Below are positions 62,259-64,000 of a stretch of 64,000 bases of DNA, piece by piece. Under the pieces are notes generated by a model, which worked only from the letters and a program-made list of their open reading frames with translations, did no database searches and was not told the DNA's origin. The DNA is taken from the NCBI GenBank assembly GCA_963833225.1, contig CAWHXD010000008.1, forward strand, positions 928,001 to 992,000, in the 5' to 3' direction. The first letter of the stretch is position 1; the number at the start of each line of letters is the position of its first letter. The translations under genes were made by a program, and so were the position numbers. Origin of the DNA: an uncultured Chloroflexia bacterium (lineage in GTDB: Bacteria > Chloroflexota > Limnocylindria > Limnocylindrales > CSP1-4).

Positions 62259-63653
62259 CTAGCCATCCGGCAAAGAGGCGTCTCCGAACGTCCGCTCGGC
62301 GGACGACGAGAAGGGCGGCGGTTCGGGCGTGGCCTCGTCGGTCGCGTCGCCCGGCGCCGGCAACCGCGGGGCCGAAGCCGACCAGGCCCGAAGGTGCTGG
62401 ACAGTGCTCCGGTAGAAGTCGGACGCCTGGTTCTTGGACTCCAGGACGAACGAGCCCGCGCCGCGTCCGCGCTTCGCACCGACCTCCTTGGCCTGGCTGA
62501 CCCGGAACAACTTCGGTTCGCGCTTGGCATCAGCCGGCAGCAGCAGCTTGTCCGGCTTCTCGCGAACGTCCTTGAGGAGATGTGCCACGGACTCTCGCGC
62601 GTTCGGGTAGCGGACCCCGACGCGCGTGGTGTCGGGAGCTTCCTTGAGCTGGCGCAGTAGCCACGCGATGCGGGTCTTCGCCCTGCCCTCGCGAGGCGCC
62701 GGGACCTCAACCGCCGTCGTGAACAGCCGCGCCCGAAGGTCGGCCTCGAGGTCAATCGACGCCACAGCACCGGGCACGCGGATCGCCGCGATCAGCTTGC
62801 CGTCATCGACCAGGGCGCGAATGCCGGCATCGAGTCGAGCCGCCGGATCCAGCTTCTTCGGCCACACCGGCTCAACTTCCTGGCCGAGATCCTGGGTCAG
62901 GCCGAGGGCCAGGTATTGGACGAACTGCTCCCACCGCGCCGCGACCTGCCTCACCCCCGGATCCGATGCCCGGAGCGTCTTGGTTCGGGCCCCATCGCGC
63001 ACGGCAACCCACTTGTCGCCCATGTCCTCGAAACCCCCCGCCCCCGCCTTCTCGTGGTCGAGGTAGGCGATCAACTCACCGAGAATCCACGCCTGGTCCG
63101 GATCGGAGATCCCACGATGCTTGTGCTGGACCCGGGCAACCGTCATGACCTGCCACCAGGACAGATGCCGGAGGGCCACCTTCTTCAGACGACGCGGATC
63201 GACCGCGACCGGAACTTCGGCCGGTGAGGCGGTGATCTGGTTGGAGATCGTCAGGACCGCGTCGAACCCGTTGGCTCGCGCGAGATCGACGTAGCGAGTC
63301 ACCTGCTCGGCGCGCAGTTCGGCCCCGCCCGTCTTGACTTCCAGCAGGCAGACCCAGCGCTTCTTGCCCCACTCGACAACGACCGCCCCGTCGGGGATCG
63401 AGAGCTTGCCGTCCCCTTCCGGGAACCGGATCTCCGTGAACGTCGAGATTCGACCGGCCGGAGCGCCGGCGTGGATGAGCAGTGCCCGGCCAAACTGCGG
63501 CACCGCCTTCATCACGGCGAGCAGTGAGGACGTCGCGCGCTGCTCCTGTTCGCCCTGGCCCCCGATCCCGGTCGTCGGGATCAGCCGGGCCGTGCGCCAG
63601 GCCTCTTCCGGCCTCGACATCCCCTTCGGCGCGGTGGGCTTTCCTGCGACCAT
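62259..63653 (-). CDS. Hypothetical PD-(D/E)XK-like protein
   Basis: W..ARLIPT.GI...EQE.RATS.LLAV, then PDG...W..LLEVKTG...Q...Y. Resembles the non-TerD part of actinobacterial TerD-fused stress proteins (recollection, not searched). Confidence 0.75.
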   Translation of the reverse strand: MVAGKPTAPKGMSRPEEAWRTARLIPTTGIGGQGEQEQRATSSLLAVMKAVPQFGRALLIHAGAPAGRISTFTEIRFPEGDGKLSIPDGAVVVEWGKKRWVCLLEVKTGGAELRAEQVTRYVDLARANGFDAVLTISNQITASPAEVPVAVDPRRLKKVALRHLSWWQVMTVARVQHKHRGISDPDQAWILGELIAYLDHEKAGAGGFEDMGDKWVAVRDGARTKTLRASDPGVRQVAARWEQFVQYLALGLTQDLGQEVEPVWPKKLDPAARLDAGIRALVDDGKLIAAIRVPGAVASIDLEADLRARLFTTAVEVPAPREGRAKTRIAWLLRQLKEAPDTTRVGVRYPNARESVAHLLKDVREKPDKLLLPADAKREPKLFRVSQAKEVGAKRGRGAGSFVLESKNQASDFYRSTVQHLRAWSASAPRLPAPGDATDEATPEPPPFSSSAERTFGDASLPDG

Positions 63654-63746
63654 CTCCGGTCCCCCAGTCGACTGCGGTTTGACTGATCATAGACACCGAC
63701 CGGCAGGGCGAACGTGGCTCACGACAGCCATGGGGGCGTCAGCGGC

Positions 63747-64000
63747 ATGAATGACGAGGTCAACTCAACGCTCACTTGCTCCAGGTGCGGGTCCCCGATG
63801 GTCAGGGCAACCGCGAAGAGCGGCCCGCGGATCGGACAGCCGTTGTGGCGTTGCAGCGACTTCTCGTGTCCGATGCTCATCAATATCGACGAGAGCGAAG
63901 CGACTCCACGGGCACCGGTCGCGGGGGAGTCCGCACAGGCACGGTTCGAACGCGAGCGGCTCGCCAGAACCGAGCGCGCCCGCCGGCTGGCTCCCCTCCT
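63747..64000 (+). CDS. 3'-partial protein with topoisomerase-type C4 zinc ribbon (possibly NERD-associated)
   Basis: Own translation: MNDEVNSTLTCSRCGSPMVRATAKSGPRIGQPLWRCSDFSCP...AGESAQARFERER. Frame open to the window end. Confidence 0.7.
   Translation, partial: MNDEVNSTLTCSRCGSPMVRATAKSGPRIGQPLWRCSDFSCPMLINIDESEATPRAPVAGESAQARFERERLARTERARRLAPL

Overview
GC-rich bacterial chromosome segment. Gene content and frequent leaderless starts fit a Chloroflexota- or Actinomycetota-like organism (inference only). (1) About 1-27 kb is an uncharacterised catabolic island. It has two Zn-alcohol dehydrogenase paralogs, an SDR, a truncated PPDK-like enzyme with an extra C-terminal domain, and a second PEP-utilising His-swivel enzyme without an ATP-grasp domain. 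It also has an HprK-like P-loop protein, a three-subunit xanthine-dehydrogenase-family molybdoenzyme, a cyclase-family hydrolase, EamA and LIV-type ABC transporters, a cupin, a split transketolase, an FAD/Fe-S oxidoreductase and two GntR paralogs. Three of its promoters share an ATCGATAATCGA operator. (2) About 27-57 kb is mostly housekeeping: pirin, pgm, a sugar ABC ATPase, NUDIX, GNAT, pncB, two tandem M1-like metallopeptidases, glgC, an M23 peptidase, prepilin peptidase, pepA, adenosine deaminase, HAD, NYN and ccsA. (3) About 57-64 kb has an XRE-HTH/PD-(D/E)XK gene followed by a REP-like repeat array, NrdR-box-controlled nrdJ with a long structured leader, and nuclease-like accessory genes. 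Many genes carry frameshifting indels, most likely assembly errors. I recognised no rRNA, tRNA, CRISPR array, integrase or transposase.
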